From Eledone cirrhosa (Eukaryota), in the NCBI GenBank assembly GCA_964016885.1, contig OZ024740.1:210366001-210430000 (forward strand): a DNA stretch of 64,000 nucleotides, given 5' to 3'. Position 1 is the first letter of the stretch, and the number at the start of each line of letters is the position of its first letter. Shown piece by piece: positions 12,350-23,950 of this stretch. A program made the position numbers and the translations under genes. The notes below the pieces were generated by a model. That model was not told the DNA's origin, ran no database searches, and saw only the letters and a list, made by a program, of their open reading frames with translations.

Positions 12350-12689
12350 TTCATCATTTCATTTTACGTCCACTTTTCCCTGCTTGCAAGGGTGGGACGG
12401 GAATTGATGCTGGCTTGATTTCTACAGCTGGATGCCCTTCCTAACACCAACCTCATTTACAGTGAGTGCTGGGTGCTTTTTTGTCGTGGCACCTCCACGA
12501 CCACTTTGCAGTGGAATGATAGGGACCCCAGTCCCTATCATCTCATTTCTACAGCTGAGTAAACTGGAGCAATGTGAAAAAATAAAGTGTCTTGCTCAAG
12601 GAAACAACACATCACCCGGTCTGAGAATTGAACTCACAACCTTTCGATTGCAAGGCCAATGCTCTAACCACTAAGCCATGTGTCTCCAC
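12350..12689 (-). mobile_element. tRNA-head / CORE-like / RTE-tail SINE (family B)
   Basis: Minus-strand head GGCTTAGTGGTTAGAGC...GAGTTCAATTC, CCTTGAGCAAGACACTTT core, GGTGTTAGGAAGGGCATCCAGC, and tail CCCTTGCAAGCAGGGAAAAGTGGACGTAAAATGA identical to the RTE end at 25459-25500. Confidence 0.85.
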
Positions 12690-12904
12690 ATATATATATA
12701 TAATGTACGAAACCGAATTTTCGGCTTTTGAAGTGCTGAGAATATATATATATATATATATAAGTATAAAGAAAGTGCTCAAGTACAGAAATGCTATACA
12801 GATATCTTTTAAAAAATAGGGTGAAAACCCTTAAAAGGCGGAAAAAGAATTTGCCAACGACCGCTATGAGGAATGACATCTGAAAGCTGTTGTCCTGTTA
12901 TATA

Positions 12905-12990
12905 TAATTCAGCCTCCTGCATTCCATCATTCGTAAACACAACTCCAAGATACTTGAACTTTTCCACCTGCTTCAGTGGATCTCTCTTCC
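12905..12990 (-). pseudogene. Small LINE (RTE-like) RT fragment
   Basis: Manual translation DPLKQVEKFKYLGVVFTNDGMQEAEL. Confidence 0.55.
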
Positions 12991-13655
12991 ATTTTAATTC
13001 ATATTTTCAGTGTAGTTTGTCAAGGACTACTTTATCTTCAATTTATATTTTCAGTGTAGTTTGTCAGGGACTACTTTATCTTCAATTTATATTTTCAGTG
13101 AAAGTTGCCAAAGAAAGATATAATAAAGATCTGATGACTATTCTCAGCTAAAGTTTTCTCATTGGATAAAATGGCATCACTTCAGAAGCAGTGTTTTGTT
13201 ATATTTGTAACAATATTATTGGTTACAATTATAATATTGAAATTTCAATGTAAGTTATATTTCATTTCTTATAATTTCCATTATAATTTTACATTCCTTT
13301 TATTTTGAAATTGCATTTTTCTACATATTATTAGATGTTTTTGTAAATTCATATGTTTTAATAAAGTGTTATTGTTGATGTGAGATAAGTCAGCTGTGTT
13401 TTATATAATTTTTAGTATTGAGTTGATAAAGAGATTAAAGAATCTTATTAATGTTTCATATAAACCAAATGTTCTGGTTTAGAGTGAACATGAAGAAGAC
13501 AATAGTCCAAAGTAGGAATCAATGTAGAAGTCAAATTTTAAATCCCAATTCCAGTCATAACAACCTATCTTTCTGTGAGTTGGATGTTAAAACTTCTGTC
13601 TCCTATAAAATGGTTTCTGATTCAGATTCCAGGTCAAACATTTTGTGAGAGTAGA

Positions 13656-13825
13656 AAGTTGATTAAATCAACCCTAGTGTGTTACTGGACCTTTATTTTA
13701 TCAACCCCATAGAGTCGAAAGGCAAAACAAAGCTAACTTTGGCAGGATTTGAACTCAGAACGTAAAGAGACGTAACTATACTAACACAAAGCATGTTCTC
13801 CGACACTCTACCAATACTGCCACCA
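13656..13825 (-). mobile_element. tRNA-derived SINE family A
   Basis: Reverse GGATTTGAACTCAGAACGTAAAG and TTTATTTTATCAACCCC...GAAAGGCAAA. Confidence 0.75.
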
Positions 13826-14714
13826 CTCACTATATATATGTCTACTATAAAATTAAAACTAAACCAAAAACATATTGTATATATTTAGAATCTAGGTCAT
13901 GGAAAACGTCTAATACAGAAAAATATTTGAGGTTTGTGTCAGAAAGCTGATTAGGACAATAATGCAAGACCAGGAAAGATAAGGCAAACACAAACATTGA
14001 CACAAAAATTGCCTTCAATCAAAGATATGTTATACTTGTATGTAGTTCTAGGGGATGAGACATAAACAGTGACATTTTTCTAATGAAAACTATAAAAGTT
14101 TCAGCAAACTAAAGGTTGCATCAATCCTTTCAATGAATGAATAAAAATATTTATAAAATATGGTGTTATAACTGTCTAAAGAAGGTGAGTGTTATAAAAT
14201 GTCCATTAAGCCATAGATATGTTTCTGTTATTATTTGTACTGAAACTATTGTTTTGATATTATTTTTGTTTAGAGTTTAAAGTTAGAATTAGTTATTTAT
14301 ATATGGTATTCAGTTAAGTTTAACTGAATATGACATAACAACGTTCTTTACCAGTAATTATATCAGGATGGAATCTTCTACAGTTTACTTTGACATTCTT
14401 GCCCAGAAATAATTCCAAACACCATTATTCATGCTAGTTCTACTCAATAGTACTTTACAAAGACAAACCAGTTAGAGGGAAACTGATGTGAAAATTATGT
14501 GTAATTTTAATGTAGATCTCATTTTTTATTGAAATATTTAATATTTAAATATATCAATATTATGTATTGTATTTCAATAATGTTTTTATATTATTGCAGG
14601 GATTCCATTTACAGACCAGAAATTTGTAGAAAATATTAAATTTAAACTTATAGAACTCCGTGTAAGAATTTCTTAAATTTCTTAACATATTGTTGCTATA
14701 TTTTGGAATATGTA

Positions 14715-15098
14715 TCATCATCATCATCATCATCTTACGTCCGCTTTTCCCTGCTTGCAAGGGTGGGATGGGAACTGATTCTGGCTTGATTTCTACAGCT
14801 GGATGCCCTTCCTAACACCAACCTCATTTACAGTGAGTGCTAGGTGCTTTTATTACACGGTGCCTACACGTCCACTTTACAGTGTGGGCTGGATGCTTTT
14901 TTGCCGTGGCACCTCCACGACCACTTTGCAGTGGAATGATAGGGACCCCCAGCCCTATCATCTCATTTCTACAGCTGAGTAAACTGGAGCAATGTGAAAT
15001 AAAGTGTCTTGCTCAAGGACACCACCCGGTCTGAGAATTGAACTCACAGCCTTTCGATTGCAAGGCCACTGCTCTAACCACTAAGCCATGTGCCTCCA
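14715..15098 (-). mobile_element. SINE family B, second copy
   Basis: Near-identical to 12350-12689, with one extra internal subrepeat and a (TGA)n tail. Confidence 0.85.
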
Positions 15099-15107
15099 TT
15101 ATATATA

Positions 15108-15590
15108 CTAGCAGAAAAACCATTCTTCGGGTGGTTTTCTGCTAGCATGTGTAGTGTGTATATTGATATTATACACAAGTATATATACATGTAGATATGA
15201 TATATCAAATAAAATCGCAATTGACAATATACATAGAAATTGAACGAAGACTATGTTACACTGTCATATATAATCAGTAATGTAATCCATGATACATTAA
15301 AAAAAGACGATATTATATATAAACTGCATTAGGAGAAAATTAGTGACAGAAAATTAATATGTTTATTTAAGCGATCGCCACCGTAAGTGTTGACATTTAA
15401 AATTTTTAAAGAAGTGAATCTTTAAATAAATAATAAAATATATTTAATGAACAGCCACGAAATTTAGTAGATAAATTATGTAATATTCATTCATTATTTA
15501 TTCAAAGTAATCCAACTTATTTTACTAATGGGATAAAAAATTATAAACCATACACAGTCCCGCGCTCCTTACTTTATTATAGTTTATATA
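15108..15590 (-). mobile_element. Non-autonomous Helitron (family H2)
   Basis: Reverse-complement homologue of 61948-62628; subterminal hairpin and terminal CTAG. Confidence 0.75.
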
Positions 15591-15661
15591 TATATTATAT
15601 ATATGTATATATATGTGTATATATATACATATATGTATATATATATATTTATATATATACA

Positions 15662-15698
<37 letters not shown>

Positions 15699-15700
<2 letters not shown>

Positions 15701-16077
15701 GTGGGAAAGTAAAAAATCGGAGAATAGACCGTTAAAACATGTTTATTTAAAATATCACCTACGTACGTTTCGCCCAGTTGGGCTTCTCAAGGGCATAAAT
15801 AATCACTTGTGATTATTTATGCCCTTGAGAAGCCCAACTGGGCGAAACGTACGTAGGTGATATTTTAAATAAACATGTTTTAACGGTCTATTCTCCGATT
15901 TTTTACTTTCCCACGTGCTTACGCTCTGCTAACTCTCTAGCCCACTAAATATTAACACTTAGAATATTTACTACTGCCGGCACTAGTATCGAGCACCTTT
16001 GGCATACGCTACTTGGCAAATAACTATATGTATCACCTATCCCCCCTTTTTTTCTCTTTCTCGATACGTAAATACTA
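15699..16077 (+). mobile_element. Perfect 218-bp palindrome plus tail (family P3), HHR-bearing, between (TA)n tracts
   Basis: Arms 15699-15806 and 15809-15916 (108 bp each, TT loop); contains TTGAGAA-GCCC-AACT-GGGC-GAAA-CGTACG-TA. Confidence 0.8.
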
Positions 16078-16093
16078 TATATATATATATATA

Positions 16094-16967
16094 TAGTAGA
16101 ATAATCGAGAATCGGAAAAACAGCTCACGAATTAACGATAAACAATATCCGATATGTGTGGCAGAGGGCTCAATAATTTGGATAAATCAGAGCTATAACC
16201 ATCGTTAAATTACCAACACATAGAGATTATGCCTAAAATCACCCGTGCAGCCGAAAAAGAACGACCAGGAAGATTCGGGTCACTCAAATAAAATATCAAT
16301 AAATCAATAAATTAAATGAATGTAAAAAACTCACCCGGACCCGCTAGAAGGGTGTTAAATCTAGCTTCTTGGGTTTCTGCAATTCCTTAATCCAATCACT
16401 ATCAGCCCACATAAAGAATATATAAGACTTCTAGAGAAGGGGTGACGCGGAAGAGCTTTCTCAACGGGATTCCGTCCGACAATAAAGAGGGGACCCTAGG
16501 CCAGAAACGCACATCGTACCCAGCAAGGGAGATAACCTCTATATTAGCGAAAGATTTCGGAGATGTGCAAATTATGTAAGAATACAAAATATCACATATC
16601 GAATCAGAGTGCTCAACAGACATGTTAAAATAAACAGGAGCTATTCATCAGTCAATAAGATCGACAAAAAAATAATCAACAAAATTAACTGGTCAATAGC
16701 TAAGGGCTAGAGCTAAATATAGTAGAATAATCGAGAATCGGAAAAACAGCTCACGAATTAACGATAAACAATATCCGATATGTTTGGCAGAGGGCTCAAT
16801 AATTTGGATAAATCAGAGCTATAACTATCGTTAAATTACCAACACATAGAGATTATGCCTAAAATCACCCGTGCAGCCGAAAAAGAACGACCAGGAAGAT
16901 TCGGGTCACTCAAATAAAATATCAATAAATTAATAAATTAAATGAATGTAAAAAACTCACCCGGACC

Positions 16968-16969
<2 letters not shown>
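16094..16969. repeat. Non-coding element with 250-bp direct terminal repeats inside (TA)n
   Basis: 16094-16343 and 16720-16969 (period 626 bp, 3 mismatches seen); no TG...CA ends and no credible ORF. Confidence 0.8.
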
Positions 16970-17004
<35 letters not shown>

Positions 17005-17076
17005 TAATATATATATATATAAATTAATAAAATAATGAATAAACAAAGAAACAGTTCCTTATATTTAAAAAAATTC

Positions 17077-17217
17077 ATCATTTTACGATCGTTTCTAGGA
17101 TATATATGTGTTAGAGTTGGTATGCATATTCTATAGATCTATGTACAATATTTATACAAACTATCAGAGGGAATATACATACCTACACATATATATGCTG
17201 TCTTCAGAAATAATGAT
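17077..17217 (-). ncRNA. Hammerhead candidate with ~105-nt stem II domain
   Basis: Minus strand ATCATTATTT-CTGAAGA-CAGC-ATATATATGTGT...ACACATATATAT-CCTA-GAAA-CGATCG-TA-AAATGAT. Confidence 0.6.
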
Positions 17218-17854
17218 ATTTGTTTATTGAAAATAACAAAGATTCAATACAATAGGTCTGTTTGGGAACAGGTTTTGAATTGACCAATCAGGAGATAGTG
17301 AGGGTCAAGATAGTAATATAGTATTAGAAGAACCTTAAATTATGGGTAGAGGAAGGTAGATTTCAGTTTTGGATGGAAAAGAATATTATGAATGAAGGAT
17401 TATTTTAGGGAAGAAATAGGTCTTATGCTGACCTCAGAAATAATTTTATTTGTTCATTGAATAAAACCAACAAAGATCTAATATATTCTGTCTGTTTGGT
17501 AAGAGGTTTAGAATTAACCAATAGAAAGTTAATAATTGGCCAAATGGTAAAATAGTAGTAATTGAAGCTTATTTTAGGGGTGAAAATAGGTCAGGTGGTG
17601 AGTAAAAGGTATACAAGCAGTTGCTGTTATAAAATAGTAATGCCAATACAAATATCTAAGGTGACCAAAGTTTTAAGATAAGAATGTTAGTGAAAAAAAT
17701 ACATCTATGAAAAGAATATAAAATTAATTTAATTGATGGGTATATTTATATTGATAAAATTATACTAATACATATAGATATGATAAATAAGAGTTAAATG
17801 CAGTTGAAAAGTGCTGTTAAAGATAAGGGGAAATTAAAAGAATATGAAAATAAT

Positions 17855-18016
17855 ATATATATATATATACTTATATATATATATATACATATATATATAC
17901 ACATATATACAGATACACACATATATATATATATATACATACACATATATATATATACATATATATACACACACACACACACACGTACACACATATATAT
18001 ATATATATGCACACAC

Positions 18017-18047
<31 letters not shown>

Positions 18048-18145
18048 TACACATACATATATACATATATATATATACACACATACATGCACACATACAT
18101 ACACATACATATACACACACATACACACTTATATATACATATAAT
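17855..18145. repeat. Compound (TA)n/(CA)n microsatellite
   Basis: Read directly from the sequence; it generates the spurious YI/HT ORFs. Confidence 0.95.
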
Positions 18146-20109
18146 TATTGGGGGGGGGATTAAATTTATTTGTGAGAAATAGTAAATATATATAGTTTTC
18201 AAGGAACATAGAGTCATAACCTGAAGTTAAAGCATTATATATGTTTACTTAATGGTATCAGTTTTAGGAAATGATATTTGTAAGAAGGAAAGCAAAATTA
18301 TGTAGTTCATCAGTAGTAGAATATTAATTATAGGTTAACTAAATTAAAAATAGTTTATATATTAATTTCTAAAGTGTATATTAATTAGGTTTATAATATT
18401 TAAAGCAGAATTATGTAGTTCATCAGTAGTAAATATTAATTACAGGTTAACTAAATTAAAAATAATTTATATATTAATTTCTAAAGTGTATATTAATTAG
18501 GTTTATAATATTTAAATGTTTTTCTCAGTTTATGATTACACGATATTATTAATTCCTGTCGCTTATTTAATAGGATATCCTTAGATTTCATTATTTCGAA
18601 AAGTTCTTGGGAACATAATCTACATTCATTTCTACTATTTTGATAAGGGGTGGCCCTTTTGAGCACACTCCAGGTCAGGTCATATTCTATATTCCTCTTT
18701 CTATAACTATTAATTATTTCAGCTAGAGATGTTGTATTAGCTAGTGCGGCATTTTTAAAACTATGTTTGTGGGTATTAAATATTACCTTAAAATTGTTAG
18801 AGGTAGCTCCTATATATGAATAAATTGAGTCCTTAGTGTTAACTTTACATTTATATACTATGTTATTAACAAGGCAATTTCCTTTTAATGGACAGTTTGC
18901 CTTGTTTCTACAGTTACAACTTTTCGTGAATCCTGTATCTGAGGAGATATTATGGTTAGTTTGATGTACTGGTGGTATACTCATGGTTTTTTTTACATTT
19001 ATATGCATTGTAGGCACTTATATTTTGTTTTATGTTTTTGGTTGTTGAGTAGGAGAATTTAACCGTTGATCTATTTAAGATTTGATGGTATTTGTGGTTT
19101 GGCGGGAAGTTTTTCTCTAGGATATTAAAGAATTTTTTAGGTATATTATCCTTAATTTGTAAATTAAATGGAGCATTATACCATGTAACTCGTCTATTAC
19201 GGTTTCTATGTTGTTTATTGTTTTTATAGGATGCATCCTGATGTTTATTAAGAGAATTATTGTTAATGACCTCTCCACACACATTTTTAGTTAGATTTAT
19301 TGATTTAGGTGTTTTAGCTTGTTTATTAGGAGTTTTATTATTAACATTTATTAGAGTTGTAGGATGAGTAGTTTTTTGAGAGTTACTATACTGTATATTA
19401 GAAGAGTTAGAGAAATTTGGTTTTATGTTGGTGTTTTGGGGTATAGTGTGAGTGGCATTTAGGTGTGTATGTTTCATTTGGTGTTTGTTGGTAATATTAG
19501 GTTGTATGTTTGTAGTGTTATTGGTAGAAGGTATATATACTAATCTATTTTTGTGGCCACTTCTAGCTAGAGCTTCGTTATAAAAGGTCGCATTTTTATC
19601 AAATACATCTTGGTTAGACGAAAGGTTAGAAATTCTAAATGATATATTATATGCTAGGTTTTTAAGGATAGATTTAGGGTGATTAGATTGTGAGTGTATG
19701 TAGTGTAAATTTTGGTTGGGTTTCTGGACCAGAAACACATATAGTAATATCGAATAGATTACTATATGTGTTTCTGGTCCAGTATTCATTCTGAAACACA
19801 TATAGTAATCTATTCGATATTACTATGGGCTCAAGCGATTCTGCCCAAATTACTGATCTTGTGGGCCTCTTTCTTCTTTTTAACATAAATGCTTCCTTTC
19901 CCCACCTTAAAGGTGGTTTATATCGTGACGACTGTCTTCTTCTTTCCAATAACCTTAGCCTCTCAGAGATAGAAAAAAATAAAAAGCTTATTAGAACTTT
20001 CCTTAAAGACTATTATAGTCTAGATATTACATTTGAAAACACAAGTAAAGTAGTTAATTTCCTAGATATAACGTTAGACTTATCTACGGGTATCTACCAA
20101 CCTGTAATT

Positions 20110-20652
20110 ATGCAAAAGGTGTTTTAAGACTTGTGGACATCGTGAAAAAAGCTCATTCCTTGAATTTAGGCAATCCTTATTGCGTAATCTTCTTAGGATA
20201 TTGATCCTTTTTTTCAATGCACAGTCCATAGGACGGATTACTCCTTGCGTATGGCTTGGACTTAGTGATAGCTTTCCATTGGATGGAGTAGTATACGTCT
20301 GAGTCTTTGAGGGACCAAACGTGGCTCGCGAGTTTCATGGACGATCATTTGTCCAGGCATCTAAAGGTCAATTGATGGTTCAGGAAGCATTCCTTAAACT
20401 GGCCCTCCGCCATACCTACTTAGGATTTAACCTCTTGTTGTTGATTTGGTCGGTTGGAAGTGACCACAGCTTCATAAATTACAGCGGGTTTGTTGCATTA
20501 TTGTTGAAGAGGACAAGCTTCAGGATTTCGGCAAGAGTATCCTGGTGGGGTGCTGCTATTAGGGCTGTTGGTGGTGTGGGCCTTCATATTCTTAGCACAG
20601 GAGTATCCTAGTTTCACCCTGTGCCTGTTAAAGATGGAGCGGTATTTGTACA

Positions 20653-20655
<3 letters not shown>
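20110..20655 (-). pseudogene. Second Naiad-like PLE GIY-YIG fragment (different family)
   Basis: Manual translation KYRSIFNRHRVKLGYSCAKNMK ... KLASHVWSLKDSDVYYSIQWKAITKSKPY...GLCIE ... CLNSRNELFSRCP. Confidence 0.7.
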
Positions 20656-20686
<31 letters not shown>

Positions 20687-20698
20687 ACAGGTATAGAT

Positions 20699-20734
<36 letters not shown>

Positions 20735-20782
20735 AATTTGAAGACTAAAGCACCGATTCTTTGCTTAAACTTTAATCTGTTA

Positions 20783-20859
<77 letters not shown>

Positions 20860-21109
20860 GTGATGTGAATGTTAATATTTTAAATTTGTGCGTAAAGCCA
20901 TATTTAGGTTTAAGTTTTTTTTTATTTCCGGAAGTGTATTCGCTAACGTCTTAAAACGCAGGAAGACATGCTGGGTGAATATGAAACATAATTTGGAGAA
21001 TCCGTTGAGATAAGTTCAAGTTTATTATTATTATTCGTATCTCCAAATTTTTCTGTTCGCATGAGATTTGTACATATTTATATATGTATGTGTGTGACAT
21101 GTATAGGTG

Positions 21110-21156
<47 letters not shown>

Positions 21157-21161
<5 letters not shown>

Positions 21162-21553
21162 TCTTTAAGTCGTTTGGAAGCCTCGACAATATTCAAAACA
21201 ACAAACACCGGAGGACGCGTTTCGCACCTTTCCGACAAACAACCTTTCCCCCACCCCAGAAAAAACCCTAGTTGATGGATGTGAATCCGAAATATATAGG
21301 GACAATTAAATCTCTCCCAAGGTAACTCTCTCTCGTGTTGTTATTTTTATTTTATCCTTTATACTCTTTCCTTCATTCCTCTACACGTCTTATACACACC
21401 ACGCATCTCAACGTACACCCACTTACATCTCTCTCTCCACCACCGGATCTTGTTACCCGGAGATTTACCCATTTGCATTGTCGAGGCTTCCAAACGACTT
21501 AAAGATATTTACCTATTATTCTACAATGCTTCAAGCAAACTTCAATACTCTCT

Positions 21554-21555
<2 letters not shown>
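21157..21555 (+). mobile_element. Family P1, second copy
   Basis: Short inverted arm 21157-21190, ~70 bp of additional 5' sequence, then homology to 5155-5458 with the same 3' end, followed by (TA)n. Confidence 0.8.
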
Positions 21556-21589
<34 letters not shown>

Positions 21590-21845
21590 CGCGTGTGTGT
21601 GTGTATGTGATGTGAATATTAATATTTAAATTTGTGCGTATACCCATATTTCCGTCTCATTTCCCACCCACCCGCCCCACGACCAACACGTTTGGTATCC
21701 CGACGCTGTACGATAACCGCTCCCTTGTGAATATATTATCGATCAGACAAGGGGTGGACGGAGGCTCCGTAAGCCGTAGTGTAGGCAATCCGTCTAGGAG
21801 AGCTACCACTCCGAATAAATTGGTGCATTGTAGAGAAGTCCCCTA

Positions 21846-22100
21846 AGTCCAGTAAGACAATTTCCCTAGTGCTGATGGCACGATAAAAGCGCTCTGTCCA
21901 TGCTGTAAAATGGAGGGGGAAAGAGGGCCCTGAGTCCAGTAAGACAACCTCTCTAGTGCTGGTGGCACGAATAAAAGCACCCAGTCCATGCTGTAAAATG
22001 GAGGGGTGGATAGGGCCTCTGAGTCCAGTAAGACGATCTCTCTAGTGCTGGTGGTACGAAGAAAAGCACCCAGTCCATGCTGTAAAGTCGTGCTGGTGTT
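21846..22100 (+). repeat. ~88-bp tandem repeat (x3) in the RTE 5' region
   Basis: AGTCCAGTAAGAC...CTAGTGCTGGTGGCACG...AAAAGCACCCAGTCCATGCTGTAAA repeated three times. Confidence 0.8.
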
Positions 22101-22174
22101 AGGAAGGGCATCCAACCAGTATATATACTACTGCTAAACACTATGAACACAACGAATGAAATTTGTAGCAACTG

Positions 22175-22391
22175 CGTAAACAACAATAACACTAACCATG
22201 TTAGGGTTGCGCATGGTAGTGGGGTGGCTGGTGCGGCCAAGTGCGAGAACCCCCCGACCGTCATCAAGCAATCGCACAAAAACTGGGTAAACAGCAATAA
22301 CACTAACCATGTTAGGGCTGCGCACGGTAGTGGGGTGGCTAGTGAGGCCATGTGCGAGAACCCCCCGACCGTCATCAAGCAATCGCACAAC
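22175..22391 (+). repeat. 117-bp tandem duplication at the start of the RTE ORF
   Basis: VN(N/S)NNTNHVRxAHGSGVA...CENPPTVIKQSH occurs twice, in frame. Confidence 0.85.
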
Positions 22392-23867
22392 AGGAAAAAG
22401 AACGAGACGTCGCATCTCAGAATTGCCACAGTTAATGTTGGCACTCTAACAGGTATATCTGGTGAGATAGTGGAGATGCTGGAGAGAAGGCATGTAGATG
22501 TGTGCCGTGTGTAAGAGGTGAGATGGAGAGGTGCCTCTGCAAGATTAATCGCAGGAAAACATCGTAGTTATAAGCTTTTCTGGGTGGGTAATGATGATGG
22601 GTTAGGTGGGATGGGCATATTACTGGCTGAGAGAGGGATCACTAAGACAATAGAGGTAGTTAGAGTTAATAATAGAATAATTAAGCTTAGATTAGTTGTA
22701 GGCAAGAGACTACTGACAATCATCTCTGCCTCCAGGCAGACCTAGGTAAGAAGAGAAACACTGCTTTTATGAGCAACTTTGACAAACAGCCTCAATGACA
22801 GAGGATAGAGACATCGTTATGCTAGCAGGGGACTTCAATGGACGGGCACGGTTACGGCTCAAGAAATGTAGAAGGAGTGAGGCTTCTTGAATTTTGTGAT
22901 GCAAATGCACTAACCATTTGCAACACTAACTTTCAGAAGCCTACCAACCACCTAATAACCTACAAATCAGGCGAGCACATAAGCCAGATTGACTTCCTGC
23001 TAGTTAGACAGCGAGACAGACAAATGGTGTCAAGTACTAAGGCATACCCTGGGGAAGAATGTACCCCACAACAAAGGTGTGACATCTCAGTAAGCATGAA
23101 AAAGAATGAGACATACAGGAAGGTGTGGAAAAGAAAGGTCTGGAAGCTAAAAGACCTTTCATTAAAATATAAATTTAGCAAAGCCCTTCAAGACGTGTAT
23201 GACGAAAAAGAAGACGATTTAGAGTTGTATGACATAGATAATAACTGGAATTTCGTACGTGACAACTTACTGCAGGCTACTGAAGAAACTTGTGGTTGGG
23301 GCAGAGCTTCAACCAGACAGAGAGTGACCTGGTGGTGGAACAGCACGGTAGATAGGGCCATTAGAGACAAAAGACTGGTATGGAAAGCTTGGAAAATGGT
23401 GGGAGTAGGGAAGGATACACAGCCGCTAGGAGAGAAGTTAGACGTCAGGTGTACTTAGCACGCAGGGAGGCTGTGATTAGGAGGTTTGCCAATGTTCTGC
23501 AATGGGAAGATCAAAGACGTGTAGTGTTCCGCATTGCAAGGCAGTGTGTCAGTGCAAATCAGGATGTTGTTGAAGATAAGTGTGTCCGGAATGATGCTGG
23601 TGTACTTAGTGTCACGAATGATCAAAAAAAGGAGGCCTGGAAATATCACTATGAGAGACCGATGAATGTGGATAATGAATGGGACAGAGAGAAATTATCC
23701 CCAGTAGACCCAACAGAGGGACCAGCTATTGTGATTGACGAATATAAGGTACAAGAGGCAATTAAAGAAATTAGGAATGGTAAGGCTGCTGGACCGTCAG
23801 GGATAGATGCTGAGATGCTGAAGGCATCAGGTGAAGTAGGCATTAAATACTGGTTGCACGCATCATC

Positions 23868-23872
<5 letters not shown>

Positions 23873-23906
<34 letters not shown>

Positions 23907-23950
23907 TTTACGTCCGCTTTTTCCAGCTTTCAAGGGTGGGACAAATAAAA
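23873..23950 (-). mobile_element. Severely 5'-truncated RTE/SINE-B tail inserted antisense into the RTE ORF
   Basis: (CAT)n-TTTACGTCCGCTTTTTCCAGCTTTCAAGGGTGGGAC flanked by TSD ATCAATCA (23865-23872, 23951-23958). Confidence 0.8.

Larger units (their letters stand above)
17025..20103 (-). mobile_element. Penelope-like element (Naiad-like) with 5' inversion
   Basis: Thumb/linker KPNQNLHYIHSQSNHP...VTWYNAPF (18956-19801); GIY-YIG with CNCRNKANCPLKGNC, IVYKC, YIGAT, CRLC..E, LLNKRQEL..CNH (18493-19017); RT core MGSSDSAQITDLVG, GLYRDD, FLDITL is inverted on the + strand (19825-20103); HHR in the 3' region. Confidence 0.85.

Noticed and set aside
12610-12689. tRNA genes
   Set aside because: These are tRNA-like SINE heads fused to SINE bodies, with no complete cloverleaf.
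13150-14700. Possible host exons in AT-rich unique DNA (donor-like AAG|GTGAGT at ~14184)
   Set aside because: No recognisable reading frame or acceptor context; cannot be supported without RNA-seq.
17794-18217. YI/HT/CV-rich ORFs here and throughout the window
   Set aside because: They are translations of (TA)n, (CA)n, (GA)n and (TAA)n microsatellites.
18493-19017. Selenoprotein-type Naiad (TGA at Cys positions)
   Set aside because: All conserved Cys here and at 60340-60660 are TGT/TGC. The TGA near 60555 is TGG in the other arm, so it is a mutation.
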